A DNA stretch of 64,000 bases, taken from the NCBI RefSeq assembly GCF_009914755.1, contig NC_060937.1. One strand, 5' to 3'. The notes under the pieces are model-generated. The model searched no databases and was not told where the DNA came from. It saw only the letters and a program-made list of their open reading frames with translations. Positions 49,110 to 63,379 of this stretch are shown here, piece by piece (within the stretch, counting starts at the first letter, position 1; the number at the start of each line of letters is the position of its first letter). This DNA is from the human T2T-CHM13v2.0 reference genome, Homo sapiens. The position numbers and the translations under genes were made by a program.

Positions 49110-49360
49110 AAGTGCAATGGGAAAAAGATCTGAACAGACACCTCCCCAAAGAAGATAGACTGATGGCAAACAGGCATAAACCCATGAAAAGATGCTCAAC
49201 ATCATGTGTTATTAGGGAATTGTAAATTAACACAACAATGAGATACCACAACACACATACTACAATAACTAAAATCCAAAATACTGACAACACCAAATGC
49301 TGGTGAAGGTGTGGAACAACAGGAACTCTCATTCATTGCTGGTGGGAATGCAAAATGGTT
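49110..49360 (+). mobile_element. L1 (L1MC-like) ORF2-end fragment
   Basis: 'aaaagatctgaacagacacctc...actgacaacaccaaatgctggtgaaggtgtggaacaacaggaactctc'. Confidence 0.8.
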
Positions 49361-49550
49361 CGGTTCCCTTTTATTTGACATGGATACCACCATGAACACC
49401 TGAATGCTACCTGTGGTAGCACTGAAGCCTTCGTGCCGTATGTTTTTTCCTGTACAGCAACGGGCAGGTAGCATATACAGTATAGATCCACCACACAAAG
49501 GGATGATCACATTGCAAACAGAATGGAGTAGGGTGACATGAGGAACAAGA
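49361..49550 (+). mobile_element. MER44/Tigger7-like DNA transposon fragment
   Basis: 'tatgttttttcctgtaca...aacgggcaggtagcatatacag...acaaagggatgat' resembles recalled MER44. Confidence 0.55.
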
Positions 49551-49599
49551 TGTTTAAGGGATAGATAAAGAGATAGATAAGTAGATACAAATATAGACT

Positions 49600-51130
49600 G
49601 TGAAATGATTGTCAAGCTAATTAACACTTCATCTACTTTTTTTTTTGTAGTAAGAACATTTAAAATCTATTCTTTTAGATTTCTCAAAGAACTTAAAACA
49701 GAGCTACCATTCAATCCAGGATTCCCACTACTGGGTATATATCCAAAAGAAAATAAATTGTTCTACCCAAAAGACACAGGCTCTCATATGTTCATCACAG
49801 ACATGTTCATTGCAGCACTATTCACAATAGCAAAATCATGGAATCAACCTAGGTGTCCATCGAGGGTGGATTTAATAAAGAAAATGTGGTACAAATACAC
49901 CATGGAATACTACACAGCCACAAAAAAGAATGAAATCATGTTTTTTGCAGCAACATAGATGCAGCTGGAGGGCACTATCCTAAGCTGATTAAGGTAGGAA
50001 CAGAAAAGCAAGTACCACACGTTCTTACTTAGAGGTGGAAGCTAAACATTTGGTACTGGCAGATGTAAAGTGTTCAGCAATGGACACGGGAGGCTGCTGC
50101 TGGTGGAGGAGGCAAAAGAGGGGAAGAGTTGAATAATTAACTGTTGGGTACTATGCTCACTACCTGGGTGACAGGATCAATAATACCCCAAACCTTAATA
50201 TCACACAATATGCCCATATAACAAACCTGCACATGTACCCCTGAATCTAAAATAAAAGTTGAAATTATTAAAACATCTTCTCTTTAGGCAATTTTGAAAT
50301 ATGCAAACATTATTATTAACTATAGTCACCAGGATGTGCAATACATCACTGAAACTTAACCTTCCTGTTCAACTTAAACTTTATATCATTTGGCTGACAT
50401 CTCTTTTTTCCCCATCCACAACCTCCCCTACTCCAGCCCCTGGTAATCACCATTCTACTCTGATTCTATGAGTTCAACGGTTTTAGATTCCACATATAAA
50501 TGAGACCATGTGGTATCTGTCTGTCTTTGGCTGGCTTATTTCACTTACCATAATGGTTTCCAGTTTCATTCATGTTGTTGCAAATGACAAAATTACCTTC
50601 TTTTTAAAGTCTGAATACCATTGCATTGTGTGTACCACATTTTCTTTACCCATTCATCCAATAATGGACACTTTTTTTCCTATCTTGGCTATTGTGCTAT
50701 GAACATGGCAGTACAAATATTTCTTTGACATACTAATTTCAATTTCTTTGGATATATACCCAGCAGTGAGATTGCTGGATCATATGGTGGTTCTATTTTT
50801 AATTTTTTGAGGAACTGCCACACTGTTTTCCATAATGACTGTACTAATTTAAATTCCCACTGACAGTGTACTTTGGTTCTTTTCTCCATATACTTGGCAA
50901 CACTTGCTATGTTTTGTCTTTTTGACAATAGCCAATCTAACAAGTATGAGGTGTGAGTTAATATCTCACAGTGGGTTTTATCTGCAGCTGCCTGATGATT
51001 CACGATGGGCATTTTTTCATATATCTGTTGGCTATTTGTGTGTCTTCTTTTGAGAAATGTCTGTTCATGTCCTTTGCCCCTTTTTTGATCAAGTTGTGTT
51101 TTTGCTATTGAGTTGTTTGAGCTCCTGAAA
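49600..51130 (-). mobile_element. L1MA-like 3' end (antisense), interrupted by a younger L1
   Basis: 'caagctaattaacac...agaacatttaaaatcta' resumes at about 50275 with 'gcaattttgaaatat...ttattaactatagtcacc'. Confidence 0.85.
49678..50273 (+). mobile_element. 5'-truncated primate L1 (L1PA16-like), about 600 bp
   Basis: From 'agatttctcaaagaacttaaaacagagctaccattc' to 'acaaacctgcacatgtacccctgaatctaaaataaaagttgaaatt'. Confidence 0.88.
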
Positions 51131-53254
51131 TTCTTTTATGAGCTTAAAATTTGTATGGTTGGGCATGGGGGCTGTGGAGCTAGGATTGCTTTGCAATCAT
51201 CTGTCCAATGTTCTCATGCTTTTCCTAGATGTGTTCCTCATTGAGTAACCAGCCACGCACACACCATTTCCCTCCCAGATGATGACCAAATTCAGGAATG
51301 GCCGTAGCCCCAGCTTCCGCATTTTAGTTCCCAATGGTTTCACTTCCTCAGCTTCTGCCCATGGATGCCCTGCCTCCTAATATTTACACACGTCATAGGG
51401 CACAGAAGTATGGACAGAAGTCTAGCTCTAATTCCAAGATAGAACTGGATTTCCCATACATTCTCAGTTTATACATGTATGCTGGACTCTAATAATGAGG
51501 TTATGCTTAACGAAATACAACCAAATTACAGGCAAATACTGTTGAATGAAAGAGTCTTTTAAAATCATTATTTATAGCATGTCTTACCTCTGGAAGTTAG
51601 CTGGTCTTTTTTCTGTTTTTTCAAGCAGATACAAAGATGTTGCCACCAGAGAGCACCATGGTACTGCCTTAATCTTTATATGTCACTTTTTCATTAATCC
51701 CTCATTTCAGGGGTGACAAATAATAGCGACGATAATTTAAGCCAAATTTGGAAAATTCTTTCATTCTATTTCTGAATTTAAAAATCAATTATGAAAACAT
51801 TTTAAAATTGTGTTTTTAAACATCCTAACATAAAAATTTTTAAACAGTTTTGCTAAAAATTGATTCTGGTGATTCAATGTTAATTATGTTTTACATAGGT
51901 AAGTTCATATGCCATCTATTTGCTGATTCTCATGAGATGTTTGTGCTAATAATTTGTGGGTTTTGTTACTTTAAGTTAGGTTTAGTGTAAAAGTCTAGGT
52001 TCATCCTATTTATGAATCTTGAGAATTGCTGATGTGTCTTTGAATATTGTTTCAGAATTATGCCATTCTTTTACTGAATACACATTTATGCCTATCTTTC
52101 CCCTTTCCTCATCTGCGACTCAGTAAATAATATCTAAGGGTACCTTCAGATCTAATTGTCTATTATTTTACACCAACATCTTCAGAATGCACTAGCCAGA
52201 AAATACTGCTTCAGTGATACAAAACATGAACAATGTCTGTGTGAGTGAAATTGGACTGTGCAATTATGTTCTCTTTTATAACCCTGATGATGTTTCTAAA
52301 ATAAAGCTTGTATGCTCAGACTCCCCAAAGGAGTAAACATACTAGAGTTTCTTCATCCTTTGAATGATCATAATTAGATAAAATAGGCACCAGTGTTTCC
52401 ATTGTGTGATATATGCTTCATACTCCATTTTCTGAAGTGCCTGACAATACAAAATTGTGTCTGTATGATCAAACTTTGTGTTTGGTCAAGTATGGTATTA
52501 CCAGTGTGCTTATCAAGCTTAATCAGAAGGCATTACCTGAATAACGTTTTATGATATGTAAAAAATACAGTCTCATATGATAAATATAAGCTACCCCTCA
52601 AGACATACAAAATAATTCACTGCTAGTTTTGAAAGCTATGACTTCAAATTAAAATGTGTAGAAAATACTCCTTATTACAGCTCTTCCTGTACTGGCTCTA
52701 AAGAAATAATCCAATAATCTATTGATTATTTTCCTCATAGACATTCCTTTAACAATGTAAAGCTTCTGTATTTGGGTTTTGTTTCTGGTAGGGGGAGCAA
52801 AATTGTGAAAGGGACACAAGAAAATGTCAATAGTTTATATGAAAGAAATGCAAATTTTATGATTTAAAATAACAGAAGACATGCTATCACGGGGAAGGGG
52901 GCATCTGTCACTATAGCTCTAAAATTATATGTCTCTGATGTTCAGTTAAATGGAATATTTGTGCTTCAGGAAACTTTAATTTGGGTTAAACCTGTGGCCA
53001 TATTATCAACATATATGAGCCTTCCTTATTGGCTTCTGGTGGTGATTAAATGAGAAAGGTAAGGGATAAAGTTCTCTCCAGATTCATTTAAACGACTGTC
53101 TCAAAAACTGCTCTCCAGAGCACTACTCCAGGAAGAGATCAGGGCGTTTTCCACAGAAAAAAAACTGATTTGGTGATCAGAAAAGTATAGAAAAGCCCAC
53201 TTAACATATCTCCTTCCTAAAGATTCACAATGAACATTATTATTTAAGAGCTTT

Positions 53255-53292
53255 TTGAAGTGCAAATCCATGAGCTTTTTAACCCTGAGCAA
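53255..53292 (+). ncRNA. SNORD36A: 3' half of box C/D snoRNA SNORD36A (U36a), truncated copy lacking box C
   Basis: ttgaagtgcaaatccatgagctttttaaccctgagcaa. Box D CTGA at 53285-53288 is preceded by gagctttttaac, complementary to 18S rRNA GUUAAAAAGCUC. SNORD36 snoRNAs are known to be hosted in RPL7A introns. Confidence 0.85.
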
Positions 53293-53753
53293 TTGCTACC
53301 AAGCTAACTCTGAAATTTACTGCTTTTAGTCAAAATACACTCTTCAGCTAATGCTTTCTTCCAGCTGGCTGTCTTCTTGCCTGCCCTGTGTCGTAAAATG
53401 GGGGTCCCTTACTGCATTATCAAGGGGAAGGCAAGACTGGAATATCTAGTCCACAGGAAGACCTACACCACTGTCACCTTCACACAAGTGAAGTCGGAAG
53501 ACAAAGGCGCTTTGGCTAAGCTGGTGGAAGCCATCAGGACCAATTACAACGACAGATACTGTGAGATCCGCCGTCACTGAGGCAGCAATGTCCTGGGTCC
53601 CAAGTCTGTGGCTCGTATCGCCAAGCTCAAAAAGGCAAAGGCTAAAGAACTTGCCAGTAAACTGGGTTAAATGTACACTGTCGAGTTTTCTGTACATAAA
53701 AATAATTAAAATACAAATTTTCCTTCAAAACAAAGCAACAAAAACAAAAAAAA
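53255..53753 (+). pseudogene. RPL7A: Semi-processed, 5'-truncated retropseudogene of 60S ribosomal protein L7a (eL8)
   Basis: 53365-53670 translates as [25 protein letters not shown]...[43 protein letters not shown], the C-terminal 101 codons of RPL7A with a premature TGA at 53578-53580. Followed by 3' UTR and a degenerate poly-A (53727-53753). TSD aagagcttt at 53246-53254 and 53752-53760. Upstream 53255-53364 is intron-like and ends in ttcttccag. Confidence 0.95.
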
Positions 53754-53831
53754 GAGCTTTGAGAAATTCTGGAATAAAGAGACATGATGGAAATTTTTTA
53801 ATACACTGTTGCCAATCTGTAAGACCATAAA

Positions 53832-54457
<626 letters not shown>

Positions 54458-55891
54458 CTGAGAAATGGAAATCCAGGTTTGCCACTTACCAGCTGAGTGA
54501 TCTTGGATAAGATATCTCAATTCTCTGGCTCTTCTTGACATTAAATTATGTAACACATAATGCTAAAGGTACATAGGAAACATGGAATAGATATTAGGGG
54601 GGTTTTTAACCTTCTGTCTTAACATGCTTTTAAATCCTATAGTTTTATAGAGCATGTGTTCTAGTAAATTAGTTGCTAATTTATGTTTCTATTCAAGAAA
54701 ATCATTTGCTTTCATGCACCCAGTTCTATGGTGGGCACCTTGTGTTCTTGACTACCTGTCATCCATCCCTCTCTCTTTCCAAAAGTACCCTGATTTATTA
54801 TTCAGGCATTAACTTTTCTACAGTATAGCCTCTGCATGTCCAGGGAAATGTGCCCACCCCAAGCTTGGAGGTTGGCTGTAGGGGTTGATTTAGGAAAAGG
54901 TAATGATGCAAATGAGATCGATGTGACTCAGGAGAGTGCTCCTGTGTGCCCTTCCTAGCCAGGGTGTAGACGGGGTGCTGTCCTGTGTGGGGCATTCTCC
55001 GTCTGCCTATCCACATCCGTTCTCCACCCTGCCCCTCTAGGCTTTATGTGTTGAAAACTATCTTCTGTGGATTTCGTCATGTACACTCCCCAGATCTCTT
55101 GTTTGGGGATGATTTTGGCTAATGGAAGACACTGCAACAGAATATATAGCAAAAGAAAATAATGGCTGTCTTTCATCTTTCTCTCCCCTCGACTGTCTCA
55201 CAGCATGTTATTGTGTAGACCTACATAGCCTCTCCTATTAACTTCAAGACTTTCAGAGGCTATGACGGGAAAAGAATTGACATGGCAAATTCAAAATTTC
55301 TTTTTGTATTCTGAAAGCAAAGTAAAGTCTTAGAGCTGACTCCTATCAATTACTTTTATTTCATCACATGAATAAATGAATAAGAATATAAAAAAATTAA
55401 TGGAGAATAAACAAATAAATATATAAATAAATGAGAATAAGATAATTGAAGATGCTGTGATCATGTGGCATTCCATTTGTTGTGGAGGGACACACACAGA
55501 TGAGGAGTGGACAGTTTTAACTGGATGGGGACAGAGATGTCCAGGAAAGTGGTTTCATAAAGGAGATTTCAATTAAGCTCATTTTTCAGAAATAAATATT
55601 TTCAAAGAACACAAAGAGGAAAAGGAAATTACTAGCAAGTGATTGTTCAACTGCTTAATAAAAATTACAGTTCTGAAACAAACATATTTTGAGAAACTTT
55701 ATGTAGTTCATTACGGTTGAAATACTGAGTCTGAAGCATCAGAAACAGGGCAAGAGACCCGTCAGAGGCAGACCAGGGCGCCTCCCAGCCAGGCCTTTTC
55801 CACAACATGAGAGAAGTGGGCTTCATCCTTCTGTCAGAGGGTTTGTGTTTATGAATGTTAGGCAAGAGGTAAATATGACCAGTGCTGTACC

Positions 55892-56018
55892 TTTTTTTTC
55901 TTTTTGAGAAAGGGCCTCACTCTGTTGCCCAGGCTGGAGTGCAGTGGCGCAATCTTGGCTCGCTGCAGCCTTGAACTCCCGGGCTCAAGCAATCCTCCTG
56001 CTTCAGTCTCCTGAGTAG
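55892..56018 (-). mobile_element. AluJ right-arm fragment
   Basis: ctgcagccttgaactcccgggctcaagcaatcctcctg; ends abruptly at ctgagtag. Confidence 0.85.
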
Positions 56019-56250
56019 AAAGGAGCACGCAGGTGGAAGAGTACACTGACAGACACCAGCAGGCCAGTAGGCCATCGATGGGTGCAACGAGGCAGAGTTT
56101 GCAGGGAGCAGTGGGAGAAGAGTCGAGGGAAAATCATCTCCCTTCTGGCTTCCCCCGTCTGCTGAGAGTGACTTCCGCTCAATAAAACCTTGCACTCATT
56201 CTCCAAGTCTATTTGTGATCTGATTCTTCAGGTACATCAAGACAAGAACC
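56019..56250 (+). mobile_element. Internal fragment of an ERV1 LTR (LTR1-like)
   Basis: 'aaaatcatctcccttctggcttcccccgtctgctgagagtgacttccgctcaataaaaccttgcactcattctccaag', AATAAA at 56181-56186. Both LTR termini are missing. Confidence 0.75.
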
Positions 56251-56470
56251 TCTGCCTCCCAGGTTCAAGCGATTCTCCTGCCTTAGCCTCCCGAGTAGCT
56301 GGGACTACAGGTGCCTGCCACCACACACGGCTAACTTTTTGTATTTTTTTTTAGTAGAGATGGGGTTTCACTGTGTTAGCCAGGATGGTCCCCATCTCCT
56401 GACCTCGTGATCCGCCCACCTCAGCCTCCCAAAGTGCTGGGATTACAGACGTGAGCCATCGTGCCTGGCC
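56247..56470 (-). mobile_element. AluSc-like SINE lacking its 3' end and tail
   Basis: Starts mid right arm at aacctctgcctcccagg and ends gtgcctggcc. Confidence 0.88.
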
Positions 56471-56564
56471 TAGGTTTTTTTTAGAATTTCCCAAGATGGT
56501 TTAAAATTTATATGGAAATGGAAATAATGTAGAATAGCCAATGTAATCTTGATAAAGAACAACA

Positions 56565-57790
56565 TAGAGGAAGAGCTCCATAACATTGGTCTCAGCAACG
56601 ATTTTTTGAAGACGACCTCAAAAGCACAGCAAAAGCAAAAATAGACAAATGGGGTTACATCAAACTGAAAAGATTTTCCACAGTCAGGGAAACAATTGCA
56701 GAGTAAACAGATAACCTACAAAATGGGGGAAAATATTGCAAATCATACATCTGATAAGTGGTTCTTATCTAAAATACATAAGGAACTCAAGTCAGCAAGG
56801 AAAGAAATACCCCAGTTAAAAAATGGGCAAAGGACCTGAATGCATATTTCCTGAAAGAAGACATACGAATGGCCAGTGGTTATATGAAAATATGCTCAAC
56901 ATCACTAATCATCAAGCAAATGTAAATTAAAACCATAATAGAATACCGCTTCACACCTGTTAGAATAGCTATTACCAAAAAGATGAGATAACAAGTGTTG
57001 GCGAGGATGCTGAGAAAAGGGTATCCTTGCACACTGTTGGTAGGAATGTAAGTTGATACAGCTGTTATGAAAAACCATATGGAGTTTCCTCAAAAAAATT
57101 AAAAACAGAACTACCATGTGATGCAGAAATCCCAACACTGATTATATAACCAAAGAAAATAGAATCAGTATGCCAAAAATATATGTGCACTGCATGTTCA
57201 TTCCAGCATTATTCACAGTAGCCAAGGTATGGAAACAACATAAACAACATAAGTATCCATCAATGAATGCATGGATAAAGAAATGTGGAATATACACGCA
57301 ACATAATGTTAGCCTTAAAAAAGAAGAAAATCCTGTCATTTGTGACAACATGGATAAAACTGAAAGACACTATGTTAAATGAAATAAGCCAGACACAAAA
57401 AAATACTGCTTGATCTCACTTCTATGTGGAATCTAAAAAAGCTGAACTCAGATGTAGAAAATAGAAGGAGATTAGCAAGGGTTGGGGTTTGGGGAGAGGT
57501 TGGGGTGATGCTGGTCAAAGGATACAAAATTTCAGTTAGGAAGAATAAGGTCAAGAGACCTATTGTACAAGATTGTGACTATAGTCAATATTGTGTTGTA
57601 TTTTTTAAAATTACTAAGAATTGCTAGATTTTAAGTGTCCTCACCACAAAATAAAATGTGAGGTAATGCACATGTTAATTAGCTCAATTTAGCCATTCAA
57701 AAATGTGTGTATATATATATATATATTTCAAAACATCATGTTGTACATAATTATATACAATTTTGTCAATTAAAAATAAATAAGTAAATA
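56565..57790 (+). mobile_element. L1MA (MA7/8-like) 3' end
   Basis: 3' UTR 'tgtgaggtaatgcacatgttaattagctcaatttagccattc...aaacatcatgttgtaca'. Confidence 0.85.
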
Positions 57791-58883
57791 AGAAATGTGT
57801 ACCAAAAAACAGGAAGAAAGAACAAAGGGTGTACACTATCTGATTTCAAGACATACTATAAAGCTACCCTAGTCAGGACAGTGTGACACTGGAATAAAGA
57901 TGGACAAGTATAGTTCAATGGAGCAGAATATACAGTGCAGAAATAAATTCACACTTATGAGGTTAACTAATTTCCAACAAAGGCTGATTTCCAACAAAGG
58001 CACTGAAATAATTCAATGAGCAAAGGGAAATCTTTTTAATAAATACTTTGGAAAAAATGAATAGCTACAAGGGAAAGCTAAAATAAAATTCAACCTCTAT
58101 CTCACAGAGTGTACAAAAGTTAATTCAAGATGGATCACAAACCCAACATAATAACTAAAACTTTAACATTTTGAGGGGGAAAAAAACATGAGAGAAGTTC
58201 TTTGTAGCCAAATAGATATTTCTTGGACTCAACACAGAAATTACTAATTATAAAGGCAAAATAATTACAAGTTGGATTACATTCAAATAAAAAAGCTTCT
58301 GTTAATCAAAAAACATACTCCTAAGAAAATGAGTAGGCAAGTAACAGAGAAAATGGGAGAAAATGTATGCAAAACATTTATCTGACAAAGAACTGTTATC
58401 CCAAATACACAAAAGATAGCTACAACTCAGTGAAAAAGATAAACAACCCAATTTTAAAATATGCAAAAGACTCGATAAACACTTTAAAATGGAAGACATA
58501 CAAATAGCCAAAACGCATATGAAAAGATAGTCAACATTATTCATCATTTGAAAAATGCATATAAAAGCACGATATACCACTATGCTACCAGAATGTAGAA
58601 AATTGAAAAAAAAACAACAGGGGCTGTATGTAGAGCAAACAGCAATCTCATACATTAATAGTTGTTATATGAAAATAGTACAGCCACTTTGAAAACATTT
58701 GTGGCAGTGTCTTATAAAATAAACCTTTACCTATACTCTGGCCCGACAACTCCACACCGAAATATTTCGCAAAAAAAAAGTATGTTAACAAAGCTTGAAC
58801 AACAAGATTTATAGCAACTTTATTTATTATGTCTCAAACAACTAAAATGTTCATTAACCAGAGATCAGATTTTAAAGTTGTAG

Positions 58884-59652
<769 letters not shown>

Positions 59653-59777
59653 TAGGTTATAAAAAACTATGGTTAAAAAAACCAGAAATTGTGTTTTGCT
59701 CTTGAGAGAAGGAATTAACTGGGGAGAGGCTCGAGAAACATCCTGTAGATAGAAAATTTCTATATCTTGGTTAAGAT

Positions 59778-60630
59778 AATAAACAAACAACCCCATTAAA
59801 AAGTGGACAAAGGACATGAACAAACACTTTTCAAAAGATGACATACATGTGGCCAAAAAGCATATGAAAAAAGCTCATCATCACTAACTATTAGAGAAAT
59901 GCAAATCAAAACCACAATAAGATACCATCTCACACCAGTCAGAATGGCTATTATTAAAAAGTCAAAGAATAACAGATGCTGGTGAGGTTGCAGAGAAAGG
60001 GAAGACTTATACACTACTGGTGGGAGTGTAATTAGTTCAACTATTGTGGGAAGCAGTGTGGTGACTCCTCAAGTAACTAACAAGAGAACTACCATTCAAC
60101 TGAGCAATCCTACTATTGTGTATATTCAAAAGAATACAAATTGTTCTACCATAAAGACACATGCATGCATATGTTCACTGCAGCACTATTCATAATAGCA
60201 AAGACATAGAATCAACCCAAATGCCCATCCGTGGTAGAATGAATAAAGAAAGTGTGGAAAATATAAATCAATACTATGCAGCCATAAAAAAGAACGAGAT
60301 TATATCCTTTGTAGGAACATGGATGGAGCTGGAGGCCATTATCCTTAGCAAGCTAACACAGGAACAGAAAACCACATACCACATGTTCTCACTTATAAGC
60401 AGGAGCTAAATGATGAGAACTCATGGACACATAGAGGGGAACAACAGATACTGGGGCCTATCAGAGGGCAGAGGGTGGGAGGAGGGAGAGGTTCAGGACA
60501 AATAACTAGTGGGTGCTAGGCTTAAGACCAGGGTGATGAAACACTCTGTACAACAACCCCTGTGACATAAGTTCACCTGTATAACAAACCTACACATGTA
60601 CCCCTGAACTTAAAATAAAAGTTAACAAAT
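59778..60630 (+). mobile_element. 5'-truncated primate L1 (older L1PA, about PA13-16)
   Basis: From 'aacaaccccattaaaaagtggacaaaggacatgaac' to 'acatgtacccctgaacttaaaataaaagttaa'. Confidence 0.9.
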
Positions 60631-60749
60631 AAAGATAGGAATGTGGGTTACAGAAGTATATGTACTTGTCAAAACTCTTAACTGCAACTTTTAGATCTGT
60701 TAAGTTTCACTGTATGAAAATTTTAGTTCAGAATAAAAGAATTCTACAC

Positions 60750-62440
60750 AACATTGACCTTTACACAGTAGTTTATCTTTCTGGTATGGCAATTCTGAAA
60801 TTTCTTTCTGTGTACTTGATGATTGAGTAAATGAATGCGTATATTGGGGAAATTGGGAGTCAGGTTGGTTACTGATGGAGAGGGGGAAAGGTGAAAATGC
60901 AACCTATGGTGTTGATTTGGAACTGAGGACATAAGCCTGAATACATACTTTATAATAGGTAAATGAAAGATAGATAATGATAGACAAATCAACTAGATAG
61001 ATAGATGATAGATTAGATAGATATAGACAGAATAATAGATTTAGTTGTATTTCTGAGCTCTGTATGTTGAGAGTACCTAGAAGCAACGGCTCTTTGAAAG
61101 CAATGAACACACTAGTCACACTAGTACTAGTACCTTAGTAAAAGATTCTCCATGACATGAGAAAATTCTCTACAATGAGGAGCCAGAAGTTAATACAAAG
61201 AATAGCACAGGAAAAGTACTGAATGAGTCTGGAAGATCTTCTTGTGTTATAAAGTAATAGAGAAGTCAAAAGTATGATAGACATATATCAAAAGGGCACA
61301 GGCACCAGCTTGAAGGGCTCACATTGGTCAAATCTAAAATAAGTAAATAATAATTGTAATAGATTATAACTCTTTAAATAAGTATTTATGATCCCATTCT
61401 GATGTAATAAAATAACTAAGTAGGTCTTACTAGCACCTTAATATTGAACTTTCCAGCCTCCAGAACTGTGAGCAATAAATTTCTATTGCTTATAAATTTT
61501 TTTAAAAAAAGATTTCAGCCTACTTTCATCTTTGCAACGTGATCATTTTTACCATTATTCAAATAAAAATGTTCCCGTCTATTATAAAAAGAAAATGACT
61601 AAGTAAATAAACAGAAGGTAATGCCAACAAATAAATGCACAATAATGGCGTTAGAAAAATCATCAGCGGGTGCTAACAGCAGTGGATAAAGTTTGATGTG
61701 GAACAGGGTATTTACATAGTCTTAAAGTGTCTCCTAATAACTTACTTATCTATTACAAGAGGAAAAACTGTAACTTTCCAATGGAGAGACTTTATTGACC
61801 ATACCTTAATCAAAAAATCAAACTTAACATCAGCCACATTAGTACAAAGTGACATTACACATTTCTTGACGATATACTGAGAAGAACAGAGAATAATTTC
61901 TATGGCATTCCTGTGAAAAGAATCAAAAGACCTGCATTTGTGAAAAGTGTCAAGGTCAAGAAAGAAAAAAAATGTCTGAGGAACTGTCTGAGTTAAAGGA
62001 GACTGAATGCAATTGAAGGTGACTTAATGCAATGCTTAACTCTGGACCGGGAACAAAATAGCTACAGAGGACATTGAACAGCTGATGAAATTTGAAAATA
62101 GACTGTCAATTAAATGTCCTGATTTTTATAAGTGTTTTTTGATTATATAAGATGTACCTTTGTTCTTAGGAAATGTGTGCTAAATATTTCAATGATAAAA
62201 GGAGCACAGTATCTTCAATTGACTAAGAAGTGGTTTAGGAAAAATAAATAGTTAACTGTATATTATATAACCCTATATATTATGTATATTATCTATTATG
62301 TATATGTAGAGAAATACATATAAAATAAAGACCTATAAATAATTGTTACTAAGTGTATATATATATGTGTGTGTGTATGTGTTCCTTGTACTATTCTTGA
62401 AATTTCCCCATATCTGAAATTACGTAAAATAGTGATAAAA
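60750..62440 (+). mobile_element. Old L1MC/MD-type long 3' UTR remnant, with a GATA-like simple repeat (about 60970-61030) and a small MLT1 piece (about 61430-61495)
   Basis: 'ttacaagaggaaaaactgtaactttccaatggaga', 'gtgtcaaggtcaagaaag...ctgaggaactg', 'aactttccagcctccagaactgtgagcaataaatttct'. Confidence 0.65.
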
Positions 62441-63379
62441 AAGAATACTCATTGACAGATGGTAAATGGGAAATGCATCAAAAATTGTATCTTCCCTATC
62501 ATAATTTCTCAAATTTGTGTAGATGAGAAAATTGCAAATTGTCCAAAGATAGTGACAGTGAGTGAAGGTGTCTGAAATAAACAGCATAGGTATAAAAGGT
62601 GGCTGAAAGATCAACACTTTCCTGTTCAAAAATGACAAGCAATCTATTGTGCAAAGCTTCCTGCATGGTAAAATGGATTTTAAATGTCCTAACATCACAT
62701 ATTTTCATAAAGAGCACTCTGGCCCATAGAGCTGCTTGCTATATGACTACTAGAGATACGAAAGAATTTACTTCTTACTGCACTTGATAAAATGACAGGA
62801 AATGACAATTTAAAAATAAGATTGTCATTTTGTTTCAATTTTCAATCCAAGAAAACTCTTTATTTTCACCCCATGCCTATGAATGCTTGGAAGAAAATGT
62901 GTCAAGACTTCGTACTAACACAGTTAGAATGCAACCTTTTGACTTATATCTTTTCCCCTATTATAGAAAATTCCTGGCATAAGTCACTTACTTGAGTTCT
63001 GCTCTGAGTGATAAGATGCCCTTGGCAGCTTGAAGACTGTGAGATGATAGGCTATAAAACACTGAATCTGGGAAGGACATTGTTGGGTAAATACTGTGTT
63101 ATGAATTTGTGCTTGGGGCTGAGCCAAATGTGGAAGGACGCCAGTCTACAGCTCAGTCAGTATTAGTGACATCCAACAAGCTGGGGAAACAGCATTCCAT
63201 GACCATCAAAGTAGCAGCAGGCACAACGTTAGTGAAGAAGCATTCTAGTGTTTTGTTTTGTTTTGTTTTAATACATATTATAGTGAGAGTAGGGAAATAA
63301 TGGAGAAATTAGCTCACATGAGCACTGTGGCATATTTCATTTTGTTTTTCATACTAACCCAGGGAAATAGAAATAATCA

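Noticed and set aside
53255-53292. Functional SNORD36 paralogue
   Set aside because: Box C and the 5' half are absent, so the terminal C/D motif cannot form.
53377-53580. 67-aa RPL7A-like ORF as a functional gene
   Set aside because: Lacks the N-terminal ~165 codons, has a premature TGA and several substitutions, and is bounded by poly-A and a TSD. It is a pseudogene.
57970-58001. Short tandem duplication atttccaacaaaggc x2
   Set aside because: Ordinary slippage duplication inside a dead L1.
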